From: Harriotta raleighana
Lineage: Eukaryota
Length of the DNA stretch: 64,000 nt
Assembly: GCA_050575255.1 (NCBI GenBank)
Contig: JBNZDD010013714.1
Location: forward strand, 5,213,254 to 5,277,253
Direction: 5' to 3'
Numbering within the stretch: position 1 is the stretch's first letter; the number at the start of each line of letters is the position of its first letter. The notes beneath the pieces were generated by a model that worked only from the letters and a program-made list of their open reading frames with translations, did no database searches and was not told the origin of the DNA. Shown here piece by piece: positions 53,200-64,000 of the stretch. The position numbers were made by a program, and so were the translations under genes.

Positions 53200-53545
53200 T
53201 CACTTCAACAAAGATTAGGTAGACATAAATGGGCTGTTTCCACGTTGTTCGCGAGTCTAAAACAACAGGGCAGGAATACAAGACAGCCTTTAAGCAGATC
53301 TTAAAGAGAATTTAAGAGAAACTTTCGTTTCATACAGAGAAGGTAAAAATGACAAACTCACTGCCAAAAACAGCAGTTGAAGCAAAAAGTTTTAATGCAT
53401 TCAAGAGTAAACTTGATGCATACATGTTGGAAAAGGGAATATGGTGGTTTGGGAGGGCAATTGGGAGAAGGAATTAGGAGGAATGGCTGATAAGGCTTAT
53501 AAATGGCTGAATGGCCTGTATTGGTGTTGTATAGTCTATAATTAT
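53200..53545 (+). mobile_element. Degenerate CR1 3' fragment
   Basis: gggctgtttccacgttg...gagtctaaaacaacagggcaggaatacaag...gcattcaagagtaaacttgatgcatacatg...ggctgaatggcctg. Confidence 0.75.
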
Positions 53546-53826
53546 ATATACATATAAAATCACCTCCATCCTGTGATTGGCAAACTACGTAGGCTTGAAG
53601 CCTGCTCTGTGACTTGAGACATCAATGGCGTTGTGCAATGTGGAATAAAGCTCACATGAAGAGAACAACCCCAATGAAATTTAGGTTTTGCACCTCATCA
53701 TTCCCTCTCCCTAACAGGGTTATTAGCACCAATCATATACTGAACTGTGTTTGTTGATCAGAAGTGATGCCCTCTGCTTTAACTAAGGTCACTTTAATTA
53801 CATTTCAAAGAAATCGTTCGTTTCAT

Positions 53827-54005
53827 AATCATCGAATCATAAAAGGTTACGGCACAGAAGGAGGCCATTCAGCCCATCGAGTCTGTGCCGGCTCTTTGAC
53901 AGAGCAATGTCACTTTTTTTTAACCCCAATCACCAGCTTTCTCCCCATAACCCTGCAAATCCGTCTTCCCCAGATACCTATCCAGTTCTCTCTTAAAAGA
54001 TGCTA
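53827..54005 (-). mobile_element. CR1 3' end, same subfamily as 15030-16413
   Basis: Close reverse complement of 16235-16413. Confidence 0.92.
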
Positions 54006-54807
54006 ATGCCGTACAAAAAATCCCGCAGCAGATTTTTTAGATTAGTTCCTGCCATATATTTATTATCCTTCAGTTTCACAATCTTCATTTACAAAACATG
54101 TTTAAATAAAAAAGTTGAGCCTTCACAATGTCTCAGTCATTGATAGGTAACCAGGAGTTCTCCAATTCATATCCTCTGCTATATCAGTTATGGATTTTAT
54201 TAACTAAATCCTAAAGATGTAAGGATTTACCTACTGAAATTCAGAGTTTTTTTTCAGTTTTAAATTAAGGAAGAATTATAGGGCTAAGTTCTCCAACACA
54301 GCCTATTTGTCCTGGCAGTTAATCAAAGGGATTAGGTTTGGGAAAGAAAGCCTACAGGTGATCCTTCAGGAAGCATACCAAACATTTATCTGAGCGGCCC
54401 AAGTTCAAAGCAGCTCAATTTTCATATGTAAAAACTATTTGGCAAAAGCCCCAGGCGTGTTTCTGTGTAAAAGGCTGTGTTAAGGCTGTTTGTACTTGCA
54501 TACTTTGTAGACAACCGATGAAGAAGCACAGGGTTCGGCACTGCTAGTTCCACTAAACACTGATGCGACATGATAAATGGAACTGGTTCTAAAAAGGTGA
54601 AAGATTACAAAATAGTTTGTCCAAGCTTCAAATACATATTATAAATCAAAGCCCAAACTAGTGTCTTATTCAGTTTTGTCTTTTAAACACGATCTTTTTT
54701 TCTGTATTGTTTAAGTGTTCTGGGATGTCACCCTGCATGAGGTGCGCTATATAAACACAGGTTGTTGCTGTTTTCTGCTCAGAGGTAAGACCAACTCATC
54801 CAATATA

Positions 54808-55200
54808 CAGTAAAACCTCGTTCATCCATGACCCGATCAACCATAACCCAATTCAATTGCTCGACCCCCTCCCGGGGTAATTCCCCGTTGCAGAATCGCG
54901 AGTTTGCTTACTTTGCACATGTGTACAATGCATGCACATGCGCACTTAGTAAACTTACGCACTTGGATCTTTTACCGATTGGTAAAAAATGCTGTTTTAC
55001 CGATTTTTTTCCCAACTCTGCTGGAATGCTTTATTGGTAAGTATTCACACAATATTCTGTTACTATGTAGTCTATTATTAACATGGTATGTTTTAAAATA
55101 AGTTAATTTTTTTGTTGGGTTTTCGGCGACTTGTCCCCCGTTTATCCGGCAGTCAATTAGTCGATCCCCCAAAGCGTGCTGGATAAACAAGGTTTTACTG
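54808..55200. mobile_element. Intact Tigger/pogo-like MITE (393 bp) with TIRs and TA target duplication
   Basis: TA|CAGTAAAACCTCGTTCATCC ... GGATAAACAAGGTTTTACTG|TA. Confidence 0.9.
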
Positions 55201-55356
55201 TATTGGCAAAAGATTCAAAGCTATTTTTAACTGTATCAGACTTTGACAAGTTCCAAGTTATTCCATTCTTATTTGGACCCAGATTTTTTAGGCTGTAGGC
55301 AAACAAGTGGAGAATGGAAAAGCTACGTAACGTTTCACAAACGAGATCACTAAATA

Positions 55357-55509
55357 ATAACAATAATAATAATCCTTGCATTTGATATAGCGCTTTTCAC
55401 ATCTTCTAGACATCTCAAAGCGCTTCACAGAATATACTGTAAAGTGAATTGACTATATGTGGATTGAAATATTGTCAATTCACTCTGCAGTATATTCTGT
55501 GAAGCGCTT
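55357..55509 (-). mobile_element. Truncated SINE with inverted (fold-back) 5' segment
   Basis: SINE tail to ~55458, then an inverted copy at 55469-55509. Confidence 0.85.
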
Positions 55510-55589
55510 GTTAAGAGATTGATTTGTTTTGGGAAAAAAAACAAAGGCAGCTTGCTGGAAATAGAGGCATTGAGTACGCATTCATGCTG

Positions 55590-55760
55590 CACACAGTCTG
55601 TTCCTTGTATACATCAACAACCTGGACTTGCAGAGTCTGTTCAGGATAGTTAAATTTGCAGATGGCATTAAGTTGGAGGAGACTGGAATCGGAGGAAGCT
55701 GTCAGGACAATGCAAAGAGAGCTGAGTGAGCAGGCAGTGAGTGTGCATCCTGTGAAAGTG
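55590..55760 (+). mobile_element. Degenerate CR1 RT fragment
   Basis: ctgttccttgtatacatcaacaacctggac...aaatttgcagatggcattaagttg = LFLVYINNLDL..IVKFADGIKL. Confidence 0.75.
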
Positions 55761-58304
55761 AAGTGAGTGGACAGTAAGATTTCTGTAGTGAGGGGTAGGT
55801 GAGTGAGTGGGACGTATCCAAGGATCCTTACTATAAATGTGAAGTGAGTGGTCAGACAGAGTTGTAGTGTTCTTGGGTGGACCAAAGCCTAAACCAGCAG
55901 TGGACTGTCTAGCCTCAAAGTTAAAAGCAATATTTCAAGCAACGAAAACCACAGCATTTCTTTAAACTTCAAAGGTTGTGTTGTTTTTAAACTCTTTTGC
56001 TGCCTATTCAAAGTTTTGTCATCTACTGTTGCCACATACTTGTCAACAATACACAAAATAAATAAGGGTAACTTCAGTTTAAATAGGCAGCATTTGAGAC
56101 AAATGATTTACAGAGCATGGACATATGATTTAAAATATCAGGGATATGAACTCTTGTTACACATAAGACTCCAGGTTCCTGAGATAATAGTGGCTAGGAG
56201 AGGACCAGCAGTATTATCAGTCATATACAATCGTTATTTTGAAGTGGGAAGAATTTGCAACACCAAAAGACAGTAGAGGACATCAACTCTGTCGTGACTA
56301 ACAGGGATATAATTAGTTGGGTAATAAGAGAGTCAGCTTCAGCCTTACAGTTTGGGGTATTGTGCTGCAATTTTTTAAATACAGTATTGCTAAAATATTA
56401 CTGTATTACCAACTGGCACAAAACCAAGATGTGGTAACACAAACCTTTTGCTTTACCAATACTGTAATCTGCTTCTCATAAATTTGCTTTGTTTCCCGTA
56501 CAGTATTGGATTACAGACCCCCACACAAAAAAAGATTTTGGATTTCATGACATTCATTCAGCCATATGCATGGTGTATTATGCTATAAGAATGGAAAGGT
56601 AATGCCCAGTATCCACAAACAGGGAAAACACAATCCACAACATTTCTCAGAATGTGCTCTCTGCACATGAACTGTTTGGCTTCTCAACGGGAAAGGAGAG
56701 GGGTGGGTGGAGTGGGGGGATGGGTGGAAAGAGCCAATTTCTCTGGCCTGGTCTTCACTGCCTCATCATGGAAATTGTTGAATTTTGTCTTAACCGCCAA
56801 TTTTTTTTTCTACTGCTTAAAAGAATTTATAGAAAATCACCGTCAAAGATATTAGTGATAATAATCCTTTCGTTTGACAATGTGTTGCTGTTGTTGTGTT
56901 TCACACCAGTGGGATAACTCAGGATTTACTGCTAAGTGTAGTGATTGTGCATTTTTGACTGTGCAAAAGCAAAAGTATGGACATAATATCCCAGGGTCAG
57001 GCATGAAGTAAATGATCAATTTTTAACAGGGGGACAAGACTGAGTGTAAGAATTAGCCCAATTCTGGATGCTCTGCAACCTAAGAAAGTAGGAAGTGAAT
57101 CGATTCACTCAACATGGAAGTAAATTTGGACCCTTGTGGTATTTCTACCCTTGAATTGGATGAGGTAACCATAAGAAAAGGGAGAGAATAATGCAAAGAG
57201 ATTAGCGAAGAAACACTGCAGCAAATTATGCAGAAGAATCACTTTGTGCATAATGATCCTCTTCCCTGGCATCTCAAAACATAATAGATTCAGTTACAGT
57301 TACAGGTGCAATACCAGCTCGAACTTGCCAACTACTGTCAGAGATTTGCTGTCAGTGTAATTTTTACACTGTCACATCTTAATTATCACTGACAGACTTG
57401 GTTGGTGTCTGTGATTGTCCTCCGGATCTCAAAGACTTAGAAACAAAGTGAATTTGGAAGCTTGAATGCAAATATTGGCAGAGAATCAGCAACAGAGTTC
57501 TGTTAGCCTGAAAATCAGGCAAATCTAAATTCGCTTTCTGGAACTGTGCTCTTGTGAACAGATAGAAATAGAAGTGATACTGAAGAGGGAATTCAATTAA
57601 AATTAAGCCCTAATATCTCAACATAAGAATATGGGAAGTTAGATAAAAAGACCGGTAATTTTAACAGTGATACATTTTGTTTTGTTCCTTTTATAAAACA
57701 GAATTATTTGATGAAACGGCAGAAATTCAAACGGAGATAATATATACAGTTTAAAAACTGAAATAGGACAATGAGCAGGGAATTGTCTTTTTGATAAATG
57801 CTATTAAAGTAAAAGATGTCATGGTGATGAGAGGTGACTCACACAAGGAGAGCAATGTGATCAAAGCTACTTATATTCCTGCCTGTTACTGCAATTATTC
57901 TGCCGTATTCAGGTCTTTTATGGCAATTGTTCTAAACATGGATGCATGGAAATGAAGTGATAAGAACATCATTCCATGCCAACAGTGGCCAGCAAGGAAA
58001 TTCAAATAAGATGTCAATCTTTCTGTTTCAAGCAACAAAATTAAAGATTCATACCACTTTGTCCATTTCTTAAGGGGCGTGATATTCTCCAGGACCTATG
58101 GGAATTTAACATTTCTTTCTGTTAAGGAGAATACCAAAGTGGCAACTATTTCTCTCTTAACCGAGAGGCTTGATATATATGTAGAGTAATAAGAATATTA
58201 AATACCCTCTGCTACCCTCTGTTGAATAATCTGCATTACAATGTACAATTTTGAATAATATTATTGATTTACTTATCACTCATTCTCTAAACTGTACACA
58301 GACA

Positions 58305-58326
58305 ACACACACACACACACACACAC
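58305..58326. repeat. (AC)n microsatellite
   Basis: acacacacacacacacacacac. Confidence 0.85.
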
Positions 58327-58884
58327 AGTGATACCATGGCCAATCTCTGACACTGCTATTTTGAACCAACCTAGACTTTTCCAGTGGGGAGGTGGTTAAC
58401 TGCCCAATAGTGATGAGCTGAGATTAAGTCAGTGACAGAGCACTAGATTCATTGCTTTATTTGGACCAAAGTTTACATACAAAAGCCGAGAAGAGAGTTT
58501 TCTCAAGAGTAGTGTAGATTGGGTACTTCACTGTTGGAATGTGACCATTAAAGAACTCTAGGAAACTTGAATAATTCAGTCCAGCCTCACCTGAGGGAGA
58601 AACAGAGCCTTTTATCTGAATTAAAGCTGTGCAGAAGCATCTTCTGATTTGACACACCAGCATCGTATTCTAGCATATAGACAGACACTCATTGAAATCT
58701 GAAAAAACTTAATTGGGTATTGTGAATATGTAAAGTGCAAATTGACGCTTTTGGCAAATAAGGATTTTCATGCCTTATAGTATTTGTGTTTTGTTTAAAA
58801 AAAAACTGTCAGCAGTTAATGGAAATGTTAAGAATTCAAGATAGTGCTCCAATAGATCAGTTGTAGAACTACTTGCACGACAAG

Positions 58885-59260
58885 GAAGTCCCAAGTCCTG
58901 TGGTGAGTTAGCTTACCTCAGCTGTGTGGGAGCAGTATTAGTTTGCTTCTCAATCCCTGGGGTTGAGTGGAGAGAAAAGAAATCAGCCACATTGCTTGGA
59001 TCAGACTGCTATTTAGTGACACTCCCCCCACCCCCACCCGTTAGCTAAATGCACATGTGGACACCGGGTGAGGACAGCATTGATCTCAGTTTGCTAGTCA
59101 CGTTCGAAAAGTTTGCAGAAGCTAACCCTCAAGGCTTACACATTGAACAACACAGCTACATAGGCCACAAGGTACCAGAGAGTAGCAGGCTCCTGTGGGA
59201 TCACACCCCAGCATTGGCTGGCGCCTGCAGGAGCGATGGAAAGAAAAGTGAAGGGACGTA
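58885..59260 (+). mobile_element. Older diverged SINE family, near full length
   Basis: Collinear similarity to 14735-14925 plus 16415-16545; reverse pieces near 13495-13600 and 39200-39420. Confidence 0.55.
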
Positions 59261-59789
59261 AAGAAAAATCCCAGATGGGTTTCAAGAGGGGGTAAATTGT
59301 TGTGTTGACAGCAGTGACTTATGGAGAGTTAGTGGCTGATACAATTATTGGCAGAGCTTGTGATCCTGGTGATGTACTCCACTAATATGCAGGGTGCAAG
59401 AGCCAATTTCATGGCTCATTTTGGCTTTGTATTTTGATAATATCAATCATTGGAAGGATCACATTGATGTATCCCTGATTGCCTTTTAACAGCAAATAAA
59501 AAAAATGATAAAGACTTCAGATAGGATGTATCGTTAAATTGCTTCTCGATAGAAAATAAAAATTCAAATTACGTCACGAATTACACTTAATAAGAACATT
59601 GGCACCAATTGAAGAGCTGCTTAGTTGAGTTTTATGCAACTCAAATAAATCCAACAATAAAACTCAATGTCTCAGTAAATTAATCCACGGAGTGTGGAAA
59701 GAATTCCAAACCAACATGGAAATTGAGGGAAACAGGAAAGAGAATGAAAACAAAGTAACACAGAGAATCAATCGGATCGAACTTTGAAT

Positions 59790-60150
59790 AATCCAATGTC
59801 TACACCTCTATTGCCTTGGTCGACTATTCCAAATGTTTACCTGTCCTGAAGTGCGTACGTTTTTCCAGATATGTATTCTATGTTTACTTGCACAAATTTC
59901 CATTTATGTGCTCTGGTCCTACTTTCTTGGCTTACCTTGATACTCTGAGTATTAGCTTATCTGAACCATTAATGTTGTATATACTTCGATGAGGTTCCCC
60001 CTGAAACACCATATTTCTAGACGGCAAAGCTTAAGCTTCTCTAATCTATCTTCACAGCTCATTCCCTTTACACTCAGGATCAGTCTTGTTGCTCTTTTCT
60101 AATGAAACTATATCTTTCTCATGGTATGGCGACTAAAACTGAAATTGCAT
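59790..60150 (-). mobile_element. Degenerate CR1 ORF2/3' fragment
   Basis: ctattccaaatg...ttttccagat...cttaagcttctctaatctatcttcacagctcattccctttacactcaggatcagtcttgttgctctt, the reverse of CR1 QRRATRLIP.L..LSYEERL. Confidence 0.65.
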
Positions 60151-61489
60151 TTTCCCCTGTTTACTAAACCGATAAATTGTCCTGTGAGTGGCCTTACGAA
60201 GCTCAACGACTGGTCAAATAAATTACCATTCATTTTACTCTATGATGGCCCTTTTCTGTACAAGCAAATCGGTCATGATTCTATTAGAAATTATAGTGTT
60301 TATAAATTGATCTGATTTCCAACCCATTACAAAGATCCCTCAACCTGTTTGTACTTTTCAACCAACCTAAGTAATATGCACCGAGATAATAAGCATTTTC
60401 AATTAAAAGTTACGTCAGAGAAACTTAATTTGAAAGCAATAGAAATAATTTTAATGCCATAAACTATTTCAACAAGCTGTCAATTCCTGCAAATCAATGG
60501 TGATCTTGTCTACCTTGTCTGATCTAGTCCAGGAAAAGACAAAATGTATTGCTTTTCACACCGAAGCTCTCTGTGACTCCAGAGTGTGCTTTGGGGACAC
60601 TAACTAGAGTTTAATCAAAACCCAAACCGTGTAGCTTTCCATTGACAGCACTGGGTGGCAAGCTTCCTGTTGATTGTCCAGTCAGACCACACTGACTGGA
60701 CAATCAACCAGGTCTACTCACTCTGTTGAAATAGATTATTAAATAACTATTACTAAATCAGAACTCTCTTCCTACCTCATGTAGAACCATTTTTACTTTT
60801 AATGCCCAAACTGTTTTTTTTTAAAATGTTATTAGAATGCAGATTGCACAATAAACTCTTAACTATTGAAATATTTTCACAATATCTATTGTGATGTCCA
60901 AGAGCTTATAACAAACCACGGGGTGCGAATACTGTACTATGTAATTTGCAGCAGTCAAATTTAAATTGCACGGGTGCAAATGAAATTTAATCGGAACTAC
61001 ATCCTTCAGGTGATCTCAGGATTCACCCTGACTCAGCCCTGATTTATGCTACACATTTGTCAGCGCAGCACTGCCAGACAATCTCTCAATCTTTATTATT
61101 TCTTAGATTAAAAAATGCATCAAACTTTAAAAAAAAAAACTATTTAACGTACTAACAATTGATGGGTCAATGAATAAAGCTGCAGCATAGAGCCGTGGAA
61201 TGAAATATTATTTACTATGCTTTTAATTAAACATAAGGTACAAATATCAGAGATTATCTCAAATCCATCCTTTGCTGGTTATTTTGCTCAGTTTCTGTGC
61301 TTCGTTTTTCTTAATAAATACTGGTCAATTGATTTTTTTTAGTAGCTGCTACTAAATTTCATTTAATCTAGTATTCTAGTAGCATGCCGGTATTATTATT
61401 GTCCGATTTCTGCATCTCCAGAAACACTCCAGAAACAACCAAAATGAAACAATAATGTGCCCTGGACCAGACTCATCAAATAAATAACC

Positions 61490-61670
61490 TCAGCAACAAC
61501 TTGAATTTATATAACATCCAGCATGTGGGATAACATCTGAGCACAAAGACAGAGTCGATCCCTTATCAAGGGAGGCAGGGAAAGTAAACTGATATGTCTT
61601 GGGGGCAGGAATTAAGAGGTGATGATACAGAGGGTAGAGGGAGAGAGTTCCAGAGGTTTGAGGCAAACTA
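61490..61670 (-). mobile_element. Degenerate L2 3' fragment
   Basis: caacaacttgaatttatataac tail; gagttccagaggtttg (reverse of ..LWNSLP). Confidence 0.6.
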
Positions 61671-62744
61671 ATTGAATACTCATCAAAAAAAAGCAGCAGA
61701 ATCGTACAGTAAATGGAAAATTCTCTATTTTCAGAAAAGTATAATTTGGTCTCTAGTGTCAATAATCAGTAAATAGTCAAATAGTTTAAAAAAAAATTCT
61801 GATACTAATTTTTCCTTCCACTTGACAAAAAAGTTCATGTCACTCATCTGTTTGTATCTGATATTCTCGCATTAAAAAAAATTGAAAGGCAAGGCACAGC
61901 TTGTAAAAATACTTCATGGCTTTTAAAGTTGTCACCGAGGTAGTTAAAGCCGCACCAATCGCAACACAATAGAATGGTGCTCTTAAACCCCCAAATAGAA
62001 GAACTTCTTCAATTTGGAACTGTCATCACTATAAAAGTACCAAGGGACACTTGCATACTGCGTTGCTCCATTTGTATAAAGGAGTACAGACTATTGAAGC
62101 TACGCACACAAGCTTCAATCCACATATGTTCACCTTGCTCATTGCTATCACTGTTCTTACAACCAAACGACACAATGTGATTCATAGTAGATATTTTCTC
62201 TGCACCATTTCCTGCTGCCCTCATGTGTGATTTCAGAGAATGACTGCCAGTAGTTACTCAAGCTGGTTCAGGTATTATCTATCATCAGTCTGAAGTTGAA
62301 GCACATTCGAAATACAGAATAAATACTCAGAACTATTCTTACTGGTGCCTAGCAAAGGTGATTGTTTTGCCTTCTGTTATATTCAATTCCATTGTAAACA
62401 TGTTCACTAAAGAGTGCAGACATACATGGGATTAAGTTAAATATTGTCGTAGCTAATTCTGAATAATGGAGACAAATCGCCTAATTTTCATTATGTTCTA
62501 GATAGTTTACATACATTTCAATAGGGGGCTGATAATATTCTGATATTACAGTGTTACTTTTCTGAGGCGATACTAAAAACTATATAAAAAAAGTATATAA
62601 CGCAATGTTTAGTAACAAGCTCTTGAAAGTTGCTGGTAAAGAATAGAATTAGATAACTTAACAATAATACAATAAAAACTTTACAATTTGGCTCCATGTT
62701 ATTGAGGGCACTGAAAATCTTAGCTGTGCTTTAAAGTTATATAT

Positions 62745-63060
62745 AAGTGCAACTCAATAGTGAGGTATGTGGATAGTGAGTTTTGTAGAGATGATAACAT
62801 TATTAAGGCAATAGACTGTTTTCCAGGGGCAAAGGTAGGAGATATTAGATCCAGGACTGATGAGCTAATGAAGAGGAAGAGGAGGTAATCCAGTTATGGT
62901 ATTGCAAGTGTGGATAAACAAAATAATAGAGAGAAGAGCAAATATATCATGCTGGTGGGCAAGTTTAAAGCAAAGGTGGTGGTACAGTATCTAGATTGCT
63001 TCAACGTGAATCTAGGAGGAGGAAAAGAATGAGCAAGACAATTGATTTAAATGAGGAGGT
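62745..63060 (+). mobile_element. Degenerate CR1 ORF1 esterase/SGNH-like domain fragment
   Basis: Translates NSIVRYVDSEFCRDDNIIKAIDCFPGAKVGDIRSR then (frameshift) GNPVMVLQVWINK, resembling CR1 ORF1 GDSIVRG.D..FC...VCCLPGARV.DV...P.VVVH.GTND. Confidence 0.7.
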
Positions 63061-63569
63061 TGTTAATTAGTTCCATTTTATTCAGGGACTAACCTCAAGA
63101 AGTCTAAGGGGATGAAGAAAAGAAATTATATATACACAAAAAAATCTATTCTTTAGCGATACAACATCGCAGCTCAGAGGCAAAATGGCAAACACTATTG
63201 TGGTTTTGGAATAGCAGAAGTGACACCTTCAGAAAAAGAAGTATGTAACACACATAGCAAACATCTGAAGTGAACTTTGGGTGTTGACAAAGAGATTATA
63301 TTTAAGTGGCGTACTTCAATGTGGGTCCAAGTTCAAGGTTCAGCAAATCACTCAACTGCTGGGTTGTTGTGGAGACGCTTGCAGTGAATGTTTCTCATCA
63401 CATAAGCGATGAGAGTGTGAACCACTAACAGGTTGATCTTTCCTCTGCTGACTCAGCCAGTGTCTGCAGTCAGGAGCTTCACTGAGGTTTCTTTACTCGC
63501 CAGGTATGCTCACAATGGTTGAATCATTGAAGGCATGCAGCTAAAGAAAGACAAAGGTTGCAGTACATA

Positions 63570-63690
63570 TCGCCCACAAAATATACAAGTCAATTCACTT
63601 GACAGTATATATACTGAGATGCACTTTAAGATGTCTCAACAACATGATAAGGTGCTACATCAAATGTGGGGATTATTATTACTATTATTA
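63570..63690 (+). mobile_element. 3' fragment of the abundant SINE
   Basis: cgcccacaaaatatacaagtcaattcactt...catcaaatgtggggattattattact. Confidence 0.8.
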
Positions 63691-64000
63691 CCAGACAATG
63701 TGTAATATTGTCCAAACTCACCTCTTGGGATTCAATATTGTTTTTTGTTTGGATGCAATTTTTTTTAAATGAATTGGCAATTCATTTCACACCAATGACA
63801 TTGTCCATGTTTCCCATTGCACGTTTTATTTCCATCACGGGTGTGTTACAATTACCTACTTGTAAATTATTAAACAGGGCACTCTCTTATTTCTGACCAC
63901 AAACAGCAGATGCACGATACTGTATGCAAAGTATGACTGGTTACATAAAATATTTATTCCACTGCTCTTTAATTTAGAGTAAATAAAAGCAAGCTGAAGG

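Larger units (their letters stand above)
9179..64000 (-). other. FTO: Probable last (large) intron of FTO, extending beyond the window
   Basis: Lies upstream (minus strand) of the FTO terminal-exon acceptor. No exon encoding the preceding ...RQNLRREWHAR-like peptide was found by eye. The orthologous human intron is very large. Confidence 0.75.

Noticed and set aside
63300-63541. Possible FTO exon after the minus-strand acceptor-like tttgtctttctttAG near 63541
   Set aside because: All three frames stop within about 16 codons and there is no similarity to FTO
48-63896. Most 60-120 aa ORFs in the six-frame track
   Set aside because: Short, often starting at non-ATG codons, with no recognisable domains; many lie in SINEs, microsatellites or antisense LINE sequence. 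Expected noise in vertebrate intronic DNA.
1-64000. CRISPR arrays, operons or other prokaryotic systems
   Set aside because: No regularly spaced repeat-spacer arrays or dense ORFs; the sequence is vertebrate intron/intergenic DNA

Overview
AT-rich vertebrate genomic DNA, most likely from a cartilaginous fish. The repeat content (CR1 and L2 LINE fragments, an abundant tRNA-head SINE with a DeuSINE/L2-like 3' half, a Penelope-type remnant) resembles a chimaera or shark such as Callorhinchus milii; the species call is inference. The only recognisable host coding sequence is a minus-strand exon at 9019-9178 translating to (R)CQSRLVNNLPIDDQPECRPHWQDEDPDMPLPYDLQETISCLRNHFMSASKQR*. This matches the last coding exon of FTO (human [35 protein letters not shown]...). 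Positions 9179-64000 are therefore most likely the very large last FTO intron, and 1-9018 the 3' UTR/downstream region leading toward the IRX3/5/6 gene desert (from known vertebrate synteny). Many repeat-free blocks dense in homeodomain, Pbx-Hox and Meis motifs look like conserved non-coding enhancers. Notable observations: the FTO stop codon overlaps a consensus splice donor; TACAGTA/TACTGTA words that look like Tc1/mariner excision footprints are common, with two internal controls; there are two Tigger-like MITEs, nested retroelement insertions, a SINE fold-back hairpin, a perfect 17-bp inverted repeat, a degenerate hammerhead-type Penelope remnant, and a 1064-bp duplication that is probably an assembly artefact. 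Nearly all ORFs in the track are spurious or repeat-derived. I found no convincing novel protein-coding system.
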